The notes under the pieces: model-generated
What the model was told of the DNA's origin: nothing
Seen by the model: only the letters and a program-made list of their open reading frames with translations
The model's database searches: none
Part shown: in pieces, positions 16,640 to 25,692 of the stretch
Layout: each line of letters starts with the position of its first letter
Position numbering within the stretch: position 1 is the stretch's first letter
Made by a program: the position numbers and the translations under genes
NCBI GenBank assembly: GCA_018396995.1
Contig: JAGTQB010000007.1
Coordinates: forward strand, 10,170-74,169
Direction of reading: 5' to 3'
DNA length: 64,000 bases
DNA from: Candidatus Bathyarchaeota archaeon
GTDB lineage: Archaea > Thermoproteota > Bathyarchaeia > Bathyarchaeales > DTEX01

Positions 16640-18091
16640 TTGGGTGGTGATGAATTGTCCGTAAGTAAAGTGAAGAAGGGTGTAAGGGAGATAAGCCCAT
16701 TAGACGTCTACATGCTTCTGCCTAGAACAAATTGTGGGAAGTGTGGTGAGAGCAACTGCATGGCTTTTGCAACGAAGCTGGTGAATAGGGAGGTTCTACT
16801 GGAGCTTTGCAAACCCCTTATTGAGGAAGAGAAGTACGGGAGCCAGTACTCTAAACTAAAGGAGCTCTTGGCTCCTCCCATCAGGGAGGTCGTCATTGGG
16901 GTTGGGGAGACCGCTGTTAAAGTTGGCGGTAAGCTTGTAATGTATAGGCATGAGCTCACTTACACAAACCCGACGCCAATAGCCATAGATGTTACCGACG
17001 AGATGCCGGAGGATGAATTGCTTAAGCGTATAGAGAGAATCAATAACCTCAAATACACCTATATTGGTAGGACAATTAAGCTTGATATGGTAGCTGTTAG
17101 ATCGACGTCAAATGATCCAGCAAAGTTTAAGCTGGCGGTTCAGAGGGTTATGTCCACAACAAAGCTCCCAATAATACTATGTACATTTAATCCCGACGTC
17201 ATGAAGGCCGGCCTGGAGGTGGCATATGAGCGGAGACCACTGATATATGCTGCTACTGAGCTTAATTGGAGGCAGATGGCTGATCTAGCATTAATGTATA
17301 ACTGTCCGCTGGCAGTATTCGCGCCAAACAATATAGGGCTCTTAAAGTCGCTTACAAAAACTCTCATAGAATATGGCGTTGAGGATCTCCTCCTAGACCC
17401 GGGTACTTTCCCTGATGAGGGAATTGCCGATACAATCATGAACTTCACTATGATTAGAAGGAGCGCATGTAAGCTCGGCGATAACCTTCTAGGCTTCCCA
17501 ATTATCGGCGTGCCAATGACTGCTTGGTCTCTAAAGGATGCTCCCAAAGAGGTTCTCCAGTGGAAGGAGGCTTGCTTGGCGGCGATGTTAATAGTTAGAT
17601 ACGCTGACTTGCTAATAATGCATAGCCTTGAGGGGTGGTCTCTATTACCAAACCTGATTTTAAGAGCTAACATATACACTGATCCAAGGAAGCCTGTGGC
17701 TGTTGAGCCAGGGCTGAGAGTGTATGGCAGCCCGGACGAGAACTCTCCGGTTCTGGTGACATCTAATTACGCGTTAACGTTTTTCACAGTTCAGTCTGAT
17801 ATCGAGTCGGCTGGAATAAACTGTTATCTAGTCGTCGTTGATACCGAGGGGTATGCTGTGGAGAGCGCCGTTGCTGGAAGGAAAATGACTGCACAGACAG
17901 TTGCAGATGCTCTCAAATCCTCCGGTATAGAGAGTAAGGTTAAGCATAGATACGTTATAATTCCGGGTTTGGCTGCGAGGTTAAGCGGTGAGATAGAGGA
18001 GCTGACCGGGTGGAAAGTTCTTGTGGGGCCAAGGGATTCATCCTTCATACAAGCGTTCCTAAAGGAGAATTGGCCTCCAAAAGTTTCATGA
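16640..18091 (+). CDS. cdhE: Acetyl-CoA decarbonylase/synthase complex subunit gamma (corrinoid/Fe-S protein large subunit)
   Basis: 483 aa, TTG start. N-terminal [4Fe-4S] motif CGKCGESNCMAF, typical of CdhE/AcsC. Confidence 0.9.
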   Translation: MGGDELSVSKVKKGVREISPLDVYMLLPRTNCGKCGESNCMAFATKLVNREVLLELCKPLIEEEKYGSQYSKLKELLAPPIREVVIGVGETAVKVGGKLVMYRHELTYTNPTPIAIDVTDEMPEDELLKRIERINNLKYTYIGRTIKLDMVAVRSTSNDPAKFKLAVQRVMSTTKLPIILCTFNPDVMKAGLEVAYERRPLIYAATELNWRQMADLALMYNCPLAVFAPNNIGLLKSLTKTLIEYGVEDLLLDPGTFPDEGIADTIMNFTMIRRSACKLGDNLLGFPIIGVPMTAWSLKDAPKEVLQWKEACLAAMLIVRYADLLIMHSLEGWSLLPNLILRANIYTDPRKPVAVEPGLRVYGSPDENSPVLVTSNYALTFFTVQSDIESAGINCYLVVVDTEGYAVESAVAGRKMTAQTVADALKSSGIESKVKHRYVIIPGLAARLSGEIEELTGWKVLVGPRDSSFIQAFLKENWPPKVS

Positions 18092-18137
18092 AAACTTTTC
18101 TTTATCCTCATAATCCTCTTATATAAAGGAGATAAGC

Positions 18138-18899
18138 TTGAAGATACTTGTCTCGATGGGTAGGGGTGGAACAGGGAAGACTAGCTTTGTGGCACTGACC
18201 ACAAAGTATTTTGTTGAGAAGGGGGAATTGCCGATACTTCTAATAGATTCTGATCCAGACCAGAGTTTAGCGGATGCTCTAGGAGTGGATTTTGAGGGCG
18301 AGGGTAAGAAGACGATTTCTGAGCTCCTTGTAGAAACTTTTATTAAGGGAGGGGGGACGCTTATCGGCGTCCCTCCATCTGAGAGGATGGAGAGTAAGAT
18401 TTGGGAGGAAGGTCTCTATGAGGGCGAGCACTTCGACCTAATAGTTATGGGGCCAAAGTGGGTTGAAGGGTGCTACTGCCTCCCAAATGAGGCCCTAAAA
18501 TTAGCTCTTGGAAACTTAGCGAAGAATTATAGGTATGTTGTAATAGACACGCCGGCTGGAATAGAGCACTTAAATAGGCGGATAACGGCGAGAGTTAATG
18601 ATATCTTCGACCTAATAGATCCCTCAGTTAAATCCTTTGAACACGTGGCTAGAGCGTATAGAATAGCGAGGGAGGTTAACATAAAATTCGATAACTTCTA
18701 TATTGTTGGATGCTTCAGATTTCCAGAGGATCTGGGGAGTGAGGTTGAGAGTAGATTAGGCTTAAAGTTTCTGGGGAAAATAGCCTTCGATAAAGATGTT
18801 GAAGCCTTCTTCCTCTCTGGAAGATCCCTCCTAGAGATTCCAGAGAACTCCCCTGCCTACCGCTCAGTTAAGGAAATATTGGGCAGAGCTGGATATTAA
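18138..18899 (+). CDS. cooC: CooC/AcsF-family Ni-insertion ATPase paralog 1 (MinD/ParA fold), with Arg at the signature-lysine position
   Basis: 253 aa, TTG start. The deviant Walker A reads GRGGTGKTS instead of GKGGxGKT. Metal-binding CxC motif EGCYCLPNE. Confidence 0.8.
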   Translation: MKILVSMGRGGTGKTSFVALTTKYFVEKGELPILLIDSDPDQSLADALGVDFEGEGKKTISELLVETFIKGGGTLIGVPPSERMESKIWEEGLYEGEHFDLIVMGPKWVEGCYCLPNEALKLALGNLAKNYRYVVIDTPAGIEHLNRRITARVNDIFDLIDPSVKSFEHVARAYRIAREVNIKFDNFYIVGCFRFPEDLGSEVESRLGLKFLGKIAFDKDVEAFFLSGRSLLEIPENSPAYRSVKEILGRAGY

Positions 18900-18921
18900 T
18901 TAGGGGAGCTGAGAGACATTA

Positions 18922-19359
18922 GTGATGAGTGAACCTAATAAGAGTATAAGTATAGATATTTTCCAAATGCTTTTGGAGAGCTCGAGGAAGAAGAGCCATA
19001 GAAACGAGGTTTTAGAATCTCTTGGGATAAAAGATTACTTTGTTGATGGAAGTATAGAGATAGATAAGAAAAGTTGTAGGGGAGTGGACTGCCAGCTCTG
19101 TATAAAGGTTTGCCCAACAAGCGCCCTATACTGGGGTTATGGACAAGTAAACATAATTGAAGAATTATGCATACATTGCACAGCCTGCGTTTTAGTCTGC
19201 ATGGTTGACGACTGCATTAAGGTGAGTAGGAGGCGACCTAATAACAAAATCGAGTCCTTCAGTAACCCAAGACAAGTATATAGGCTCCTCCATTCAACCA
19301 GCTCCGAAAAGCGCCTCAACATAGTGAACAGAGTCTTCCATCCAAGAAGGATCCTTTAG
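18922..19359 (+). CDS. 2x[4Fe-4S] ferredoxin-domain protein embedded between two cooC genes
   Basis: 145 aa. Motifs CRGVDCQLCIKVCP and CIHCTACVLVC, with Cys-free N- and C-terminal extensions. Confidence 0.7.
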   Translation: MMSEPNKSISIDIFQMLLESSRKKSHRNEVLESLGIKDYFVDGSIEIDKKSCRGVDCQLCIKVCPTSALYWGYGQVNIIEELCIHCTACVLVCMVDDCIKVSRRRPNNKIESFSNPRQVYRLLHSTSSEKRLNIVNRVFHPRRIL

Positions 19360-19370
19360 GAGGTTCTTCA

Positions 19371-20210
19371 TTGAAGATAGTTGTTGCCGGGAAGGGTGGA
19401 GTTGGGAAAACGCTGGTTGCTGGGACACTGGCCCGAATCTATGCCCGCATGGGGTTCAATGTTCTGGCGGTAGACGCTGACCCAGCGGTGAACCTCGCCT
19501 ACGCTCTGGGCGTACCACCGGAGGTTTCGTCTAAAATAGTACCCATAGCTGAGAACAGCTCTTTAATAGAGGAGCGGACTGGGGCCAAACCCGGCTCAGC
19601 TTTCGGATTATTATTCAGCCTAACGCCGACAGTGGATGATATAGCCGATAAATATGGCGTTATCGGGCCGGATGGCGTTAAGCTCCTTGTTATGGGCACA
19701 ATAAGGTCTGGTGGATCAGGCTGCGCATGCCCCGCAAACTCTCTTTTAAGCGCATTGATTAGGCACATTACTCTGATGAGGGGTGACATGGTAATAATGG
19801 ACACTGAGGCTGGCCTAGAACACCTTGGCAGGGCTACGGCTAAAGGCTTTGATGTACTAATATGCGTTGTTGAGCCGAACGCCCCATCGATCGAAACTGG
19901 AATAAAGATTAGGAGGCTGGCTGGTGAGATAAATATTAAGGCCGTCATCTTCGTTGGGAATAAAGTATCTGGTGCCAGTGACGAAGAATATATTAGAGGA
20001 GAGCTGAGTAAATACTCCCTGAGTCTCTTTCATACAATCCCCTTCGATCAAAGTGTAATCATGGCTGGGAGAGCCCGCATCGCACCAATAGACTACTCAC
20101 AATCTTCTCCAGCAATTCAAGCAATAGAGAGTCTCGCTAACAAACTTATAAAGGAATTTGCAAGTGGCGTAAAACCATTAGGAGGAAGCGAGAAAAGCCA
20201 GATCGTCTAA
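19371..20210 (+). CDS. cooC: CooC/AcsF-family Ni-insertion ATPase paralog 2
   Basis: 279 aa, TTG start. Canonical GKGGVGKT and CxC motif SGCACPANS. Confidence 0.85.
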   Translation: MKIVVAGKGGVGKTLVAGTLARIYARMGFNVLAVDADPAVNLAYALGVPPEVSSKIVPIAENSSLIEERTGAKPGSAFGLLFSLTPTVDDIADKYGVIGPDGVKLLVMGTIRSGGSGCACPANSLLSALIRHITLMRGDMVIMDTEAGLEHLGRATAKGFDVLICVVEPNAPSIETGIKIRRLAGEINIKAVIFVGNKVSGASDEEYIRGELSKYSLSLFHTIPFDQSVIMAGRARIAPIDYSQSSPAIQAIESLANKLIKEFASGVKPLGGSEKSQIV

Positions 20211-20262
20211 GATAAGAATTTTTAGTTCAAAGAACATAATCATAGCTTGGATAAAATATTGG

Positions 20263-22941
20263 GTGGCTTTTTTGGGTATAGAAGGTTTAGACAAAATATT
20301 TAATCCCAGAAAGATTGCTGTCATAGGTGCAAGTAATAGGGAGGGATCTGTTGGATATAAACTGTTCAGGAATCTCATTGGTTTTAGAGGTTTCATCTAT
20401 CCAGTTAACCCCTTTAGCCAGAGCATTCAGGGGGTTACAGCATACCCTAGCATTAAAAAGATCCCTTGGCAGATAGATTTAGCCGTAATTGCTACACCAG
20501 CCCATATTGTCCCTGAAATCGTTGAGGAGTGTGGTGAGGCTGGAGTTACTGGAGTAATAATAGTTTCATCAGGCTTCAGAGAGGTAGGTGTGAGAGGCAG
20601 AGCTCTTGAAGAAGAGATTCAGAAGATAAGATCTAGGTTTGGCTTAAGAATAATAGGGCCCAACTGCTTAGGGGTTATGCGCCCAAGTATAAAGTTAAAT
20701 GCAACATTTGCGAACAGGATGGCTAAGCCGGGCCATGTAGCATTTATATCTCAGAGCGGCGCAATATGCGCCTCGGTGTTAGACTGGGCTGAGGCAGCTA
20801 ACATTGGGTTCAGTGCTGTTGTATCGCTAGGTGGGACAATAGACGTAGACTTCGCCGACCTCATAGACTACTTCGGCATGGATCCGGAAACTAGGAGCAT
20901 AGTGCTCTTCGTAGAATTTATAAGCGAACCCGGGAAATTCATGAGTGCTGCTAGGAGGTTTGCTGCAACAAAGCCCATAATAGCCATTAAAGCCGGAAAG
21001 ACTCCTGAGGGGATGAAGGCGGCCTTCTCACACACCGGGGCGATTGCAAGCGATGATCTACTTTATGACGCCCTATTCTCAAGGGCGGGCGTTGTACGGG
21101 TTGAGACAATTTCAGATTTATTCTGCTGCTCAGAGGTCCTAGCCACACAGCCTCTCCCAAAGAGCCCGGATCTAGTGGTAATAACTAATGCGGGGGGAGC
21201 TGGCGTCATGGCCACTGACGCGATAATTTTGAGGGGTGGGAGGTTAGCGAGGCTGAGTGAGAAGACCATCGAGGAGCTTGATAAGATCCTACCACATTAC
21301 TGGAGTAGATCCAATCCAATAGATATATGTGAGGATGCATCCATTGAGAGATTTAGAAAAACTGCGGAGATATGCCTAAAGGATCCTAATGCGAGGGGCT
21401 TCCTAATAATTTACGCCCCCGTTGGAGAGGCAGATCCAATAGAGACTGCTAAGGCTATAGCTGAAGTCTTCAGGGGTTCTGATAAGCCAGTTTTAACTTG
21501 CTGGCTTGGCGAGAGGGAGGTGCATGAAGCCAGGGAAGTTTTTAGGAGGAATAGAATACCGACATACTCGACCCCGGAGGAAGCGGTCGCAGCCTTCATG
21601 TACATGTACCGATACGCTAAAAATATTGAATTGCTTTACGAAGTCCCTGAGGAAATAAGGATAAGCCCGCCGAGCAATAAGGTGCGCTTGAGGGAAATAA
21701 TTAGACGTGCTGTTAATGAAGGTAGATTTATGCTTATGGAGTTTGAGTCAAAGGAGTTCCTTAAGGAGTACGGTATACCAGTCTCAGAGACATGCATTGC
21801 AAGAAGTCCGGACGAGGCGGCGGAAATATCTTCTAATATAGGTTTTCCAGTAGTCATGAAGATTCTCTCACCAGACATTACGCACAAGATGGATGCTGGT
21901 GGTGTCATATTAAACATTTATAGCGAATCCCAGGCGAGGAGCTGCTTCTTACAAATAGTTGAGAACGTCAAATCTAAGTATCCAAATGCCAGGATTTATG
22001 GAGTCACGGTTCAGCCGATGATCCCAAGAGAATATGAGATTATAATTGGATCGAAGAGAGACCCCGTCTTCGGAACATTCATAATTTTTGGGACAGGTGG
22101 AGTTCACGTTGAGGTCTTCAAAGATATTGCCGTTGGCTTTCCACCACTAAATCAGGCCCTGGCAAGAAGGATTATTGAGAAGACAAAGGTTTATGAGACC
22201 TTTTCCAGAGGGTTTAGGGGGTTATCCTTGGCCAATCTCAAGTCTGTTGAGGAGACTCTAGTAAGATTCTCGCAGCTGGTGATAGACTTTCCAGAGATAG
22301 CGGAGATGGATATTAACCCATTAGCTGTAACATTAGATGGCGTCATAGCTTTAGATGCAAGAATAATAATCGATGCCGAGAGGGTGAAAGGTGAGCTTAA
22401 ACCATATGAGCATTTAATCATAAGACCTTACCCAACAAAATATATAGTTGAACACGTGTTAAAGAATGGAAGCAAGGTTATACTTAGGCCGGCTAGACCA
22501 GAAGATGAACCACTAATTATAGATTTATTCAAGACATTCTCGGCAGAAACCATGAAACTAAGATTCTTTAAGGTGGTAAAAGAGATAAATCATTACACGG
22601 TCGCCAGATACTGCAATACTGATTATAATCGCGAAGTGACAATTGTCGCGGAGACAGAGTCTCAGGGAAAAAGGATTTTGATGGGCATGGCAAATCTAAT
22701 TGTTCAACCAGATGGAAAGAGCAGCGAGATATCTGTTGTGGTCGGTGATCCATGGCAGAACAGGGGGCTGGGATCAATAATGATTGATCACTTAATAGAG
22801 ATCGGAAGAGATATGGGTCAAAAAAAGCTTTTCGGAGAGTTTCTCGCCGAGAATAAAAAGATCTTTCACATTTTACAGAAGAGGGGCTTCAAGATAAAGA
22901 GGGTTGACGAAGAAACTTATCTCGCCGAGCTTAATCTCTAA
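20263..22941 (+). CDS. Fused ADP-forming acetyl-CoA synthetase (alpha+beta domains) with C-terminal GNAT acetyltransferase domain (Pat-like architecture)
   Basis: 892 aa, GTG start. N-terminal CoA-binding region (FNPRKIAVIGAS). SHTGAIAS retains the His of the ACD phosphohistidine loop. ATP-grasp region follows. The last ~156 aa (approx. 22471-22938) are GNAT with motif A DPWQNRGLGS. Confidence 0.85.
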   Translation: MAFLGIEGLDKIFNPRKIAVIGASNREGSVGYKLFRNLIGFRGFIYPVNPFSQSIQGVTAYPSIKKIPWQIDLAVIATPAHIVPEIVEECGEAGVTGVIIVSSGFREVGVRGRALEEEIQKIRSRFGLRIIGPNCLGVMRPSIKLNATFANRMAKPGHVAFISQSGAICASVLDWAEAANIGFSAVVSLGGTIDVDFADLIDYFGMDPETRSIVLFVEFISEPGKFMSAARRFAATKPIIAIKAGKTPEGMKAAFSHTGAIASDDLLYDALFSRAGVVRVETISDLFCCSEVLATQPLPKSPDLVVITNAGGAGVMATDAIILRGGRLARLSEKTIEELDKILPHYWSRSNPIDICEDASIERFRKTAEICLKDPNARGFLIIYAPVGEADPIETAKAIAEVFRGSDKPVLTCWLGEREVHEAREVFRRNRIPTYSTPEEAVAAFMYMYRYAKNIELLYEVPEEIRISPPSNKVRLREIIRRAVNEGRFMLMEFESKEFLKEYGIPVSETCIARSPDEAAEISSNIGFPVVMKILSPDITHKMDAGGVILNIYSESQARSCFLQIVENVKSKYPNARIYGVTVQPMIPREYEIIIGSKRDPVFGTFIIFGTGGVHVEVFKDIAVGFPPLNQALARRIIEKTKVYETFSRGFRGLSLANLKSVEETLVRFSQLVIDFPEIAEMDINPLAVTLDGVIALDARIIIDAERVKGELKPYEHLIIRPYPTKYIVEHVLKNGSKVILRPARPEDEPLIIDLFKTFSAETMKLRFFKVVKEINHYTVARYCNTDYNREVTIVAETESQGKRILMGMANLIVQPDGKSSEISVVVGDPWQNRGLGSIMIDHLIEIGRDMGQKKLFGEFLAENKKIFHILQKRGFKIKRVDEETYLAELNL

Positions 22942-23713
22942 CAATTTTTGGGAGGATTTTTTCCCAAATTATCCTCTCGACGTCTGATAGGGCGATACTT
23001 GACTTTAATGGTTCCCTCTTTAAACATGAAGTATATAACTCCTTATCAAACCTCACTACCCCATCTATGTTTAAACCCATTTTAGAAGCTTCCTCAAAAA
23101 TTGAATCCTTAATATCCTCAGTGATCTTATTAGCTATAACCCAAAAACTTTTACCCAGCTTTTCAGCCACCTTCATGAGCATCAACGCTAATTCGAGTGA
23201 CTCTGCAGTTGGATCAACTACCACGATGATCCCATCTGAAACCTCTTCAACCCTCCTGCCAATATGCTCCACGCCAGCGTCGGTATCAATTAAGACCACT
23301 TCATCCTCCTCTAAACTCAAGTTCCCTAGCAAGATCCTTGTCAATATGTTAAATGGACATGCGCATCCTTCACCATACTCCCTAACCTTACCTATAGTTA
23401 CCAGGGATACCCCCTCGCTTGATGTCACTATGTATTCGCTTGGCAATGAACTCAGCTTTATCCCTCCTCTAGCCATAGATAAAGCCTTAACAATGTCTGG
23501 CTCCATCCTCTCGAAATCCTCCTCTTCCCTCTTCCCGCCAACATACTCAACTAGCGGCTTAGGTTGCTTAACCCCTAAGAAGCTTGGTAGGAGGGAATTT
23601 GATTCATCGGAGTCGATAATATACACCTTAAACTTCCTTAAGAGCACCTTAGCCATTAATATTGTTAGAACAGTTTTACCGGATCCACCCTTACCACAAA
23701 CCATAATTTTCAT
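22931..23713 (-). CDS. cooC: CooC/AcsF-family Ni-insertion ATPase paralog 3
   Basis: 260 aa. GKGGSGKT and CxC motif EGCACPFNI. Its 3' end overlaps the convergent ACD-GNAT gene by 11 nt. Confidence 0.8.
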   Translation of the reverse strand: MKIMVCGKGGSGKTVLTILMAKVLLRKFKVYIIDSDESNSLLPSFLGVKQPKPLVEYVGGKREEEDFERMEPDIVKALSMARGGIKLSSLPSEYIVTSSEGVSLVTIGKVREYGEGCACPFNILTRILLGNLSLEEDEVVLIDTDAGVEHIGRRVEEVSDGIIVVVDPTAESLELALMLMKVAEKLGKSFWVIANKITEDIKDSIFEEASKMGLNIDGVVRFDKELYTSCLKREPLKSSIALSDVERIIWEKILPKIVRD

Positions 23714-23727
23714 TTATGGTGCACCCA

Positions 23728-23946
23728 TCAACCCCTAACTTTAATCTCCCTCCTAGCCTTTAGCACAAATGTCGAGTTTACGGCGTCAATCATTAAAAAG
23801 TCTGCTCCAGAGATATTTTTCTCTTCCCCATCAACGTCAAGTATCCTAAAGACTCCATTATCCAATGATATATACGCCACATTTTTAGCTATAAGGGTTC
23901 TATCACCCCCTTCAGTATTCTCAACGTAAACCTTCAGGAGACACAA
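23728..23946 (-). CDS. cooT: CooT-like small nickel-binding protein; start re-assigned to TTG 23946 to give an N-terminal Met-Cys
   Basis: From TTG 23946 the product is MCLLKVYVENTEGGDRTLIAKNVAYISLDNGVFRILDVDGEEKNISGADFLMIDAVNSTFVLKARREIKVRG (72 aa). This resembles CooT (MC..KV....GG....V.......V.....E....G.....D.....L). GGTG lies 6 nt upstream of the TTG. The gene is directly upstream of and co-oriented with cooC paralog 3. The track ORF (to 24015) adds 23 aa that would bury Cys2. Confidence 0.55.
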   Translation of the reverse strand: MCLLKVYVENTEGGDRTLIAKNVAYISLDNGVFRILDVDGEEKNISGADFLMIDAVNSTFVLKARREIKVRG

Positions 23947-23989
23947 TCTATGACACCAGCCCAGCAAACTATTAGTGAACTTGCTAGGT

Positions 23990-24004
23990 AAATATTTATA
24001 GATA
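23990..24004. promoter_or_regulatory. AT-rich TATA-like element (AAATATTTATAGATA) in the cooT / elp3 divergent region
   Basis: Lies ~40 nt upstream of elp3 ATG 24037 and ~50 nt upstream of the proposed cooT TTG 23946 on the other strand. Could serve both genes. Confidence 0.3.
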
Positions 24005-24036
24005 CCTCTCATCAACTTTTCTTTTAGTCAGGTCAG

Positions 24037-25620
24037 ATGAGCGTGTCTATATATAGAGAGATAATTGAATATCTAAAGAATATTCCAAACCCAACCGACA
24101 GGGATGTTCAGCTAGCCAAGGTTAGAGTTGCCGAAAAATATAACTTGAGCGCAATACCACCAAATTCAGAAATAATTAGGCATTTGAGAGACGATGAAAA
24201 ACCTATCCTACTCAAGGTTTTAAGGAGGAAGGCTGTAAGAACTATTTCAGGAGTAACGGTTATCGCTGTTATGACTAAGCCGTGGCCATGCCCTCAGAAG
24301 GAGCCATGCGCATATTGTCCAGGTGGACCAGCCTACGGCGTTCCTCAGAGCTATACTGGGCGTGAGCCAGCCACGATGAGGGGCCTACAATTCAACTTCG
24401 ACCCATACAGCCAAGTTAAACATAGGATTGAGCAGCTTGAGGCTATTGGACACACGGTTGATAAGATTGAACTGATAGTTATGGGCGGCACATTCCCTGC
24501 GATGCCAGTCGAATACCAAGTGAACTTCATTAAAGGATGCCTTGACGCAATAACTGGTGTCCAATCATCCTCCCTTGAAGAGGCTAAGAAGAATTCCGAG
24601 ACTGGTTTTAGGAGGAACGTTGGGATAACCGTTGAGACGCGACCAGACTGGTGTAAGGAGCAGCATGTAGATGTTATGTTATCATATGGCACCACGCGTG
24701 TTGAGATAGGCGTACAGAATATTTATGACGACATATATGCTCTTGTCGGCAGGGAACATAGGGTTAAGGATGTCATAGAGGCGACTAGAATAGTGAAGGA
24801 TGCGGGGCTTAAGGTGGTCTATCACATGATGCCAGGTCTTCCAGGGTCAGACTTCAATAGGGATTTAGAGGCATTTAAAAAGATATTTAGTGACCCAGAC
24901 TTTAAGCCGGATATGCTTAAGATATATCCATGTCTCGTAGTTAAGGGGACTAAGGTTTACGATTGGTGGGTTAAGGGGCTATATAGGCCGTATACTACAG
25001 AGGAGGCCGCAAGACTGATAGCCTATGTTAAGAAGATTATTCCCGAGTGGGTTAGGATCATGCGTGTCCAGAGAGATATACCAGCCTACATGATTGAGGC
25101 GGGTCCAAGGAGTAGCAATCTACGCGAAATAGCCATCAAAATACTTAGGAATGAGGGCTTAAGGTGTAGGTGCATAAGATGCCGTGAGGTCGGCCACAGG
25201 TGGCTTAAAGACGGCGTCAAGCCGGATCCGGATAAAATTAAGGTGATTGTCAAGAGATATGAGGCCTCGATGGGTGAAGAGTTCTTTATTTCGGTTGAGG
25301 ATCCAGTAAACGATGTTCTTATAGGTTACTTGAGGTTGAGGATTCCATCCAGCCTAGCCCATAGGCCTGAAATATCTGGGAAGGATGCAGCGATAATACG
25401 GGAGCTACGCGTTTTAGGCCCACTTGTACCAGTTGGGAAGCGCCCTCATGAGGAGTATCAGCATATGGGTTTTGGCAGAATACTACTTAAGAAGGCTGAG
25501 GAGATAAGCGCTGACCTAGGGTGTAAGAAGATTCTCGTTACAAGCGCCCTTGGGACAAAAAGGTATTATATGCGCTTCGGCTATAACTATGATGGCCCAT
25601 ACATGAGTAAAAACCTATAA
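24037..25620 (+). CDS. elp3: Elp3 homolog (radical SAM + GNAT; tRNA U34 carboxymethylation enzyme)
   Basis: 527 aa. Radical-SAM Cys motif CPQKEPCAYCPGGP followed by QSYTGREPA. C-terminal GNAT region (YQHMGFGRILL). Confidence 0.93.
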   Translation: MSVSIYREIIEYLKNIPNPTDRDVQLAKVRVAEKYNLSAIPPNSEIIRHLRDDEKPILLKVLRRKAVRTISGVTVIAVMTKPWPCPQKEPCAYCPGGPAYGVPQSYTGREPATMRGLQFNFDPYSQVKHRIEQLEAIGHTVDKIELIVMGGTFPAMPVEYQVNFIKGCLDAITGVQSSSLEEAKKNSETGFRRNVGITVETRPDWCKEQHVDVMLSYGTTRVEIGVQNIYDDIYALVGREHRVKDVIEATRIVKDAGLKVVYHMMPGLPGSDFNRDLEAFKKIFSDPDFKPDMLKIYPCLVVKGTKVYDWWVKGLYRPYTTEEAARLIAYVKKIIPEWVRIMRVQRDIPAYMIEAGPRSSNLREIAIKILRNEGLRCRCIRCREVGHRWLKDGVKPDPDKIKVIVKRYEASMGEEFFISVEDPVNDVLIGYLRLRIPSSLAHRPEISGKDAAIIRELRVLGPLVPVGKRPHEEYQHMGFGRILLKKAEEISADLGCKKILVTSALGTKRYYMRFGYNYDGPYMSKNL

Positions 25621-25692
25621 GTGCTTGTCTCTAATAACTAAGAGAGGCTTTGAAATGCTCATGTGGAAGATTAATCCCATGGCTGGGGGTTA

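Noticed and set aside
23067-23738. 223-aa + strand ORF
   Set aside because: It lies entirely antisense to the well-supported cooC paralog 3. The product is low-complexity, Ser/Leu/Thr-rich and without motifs, typical of a shadow ORF.
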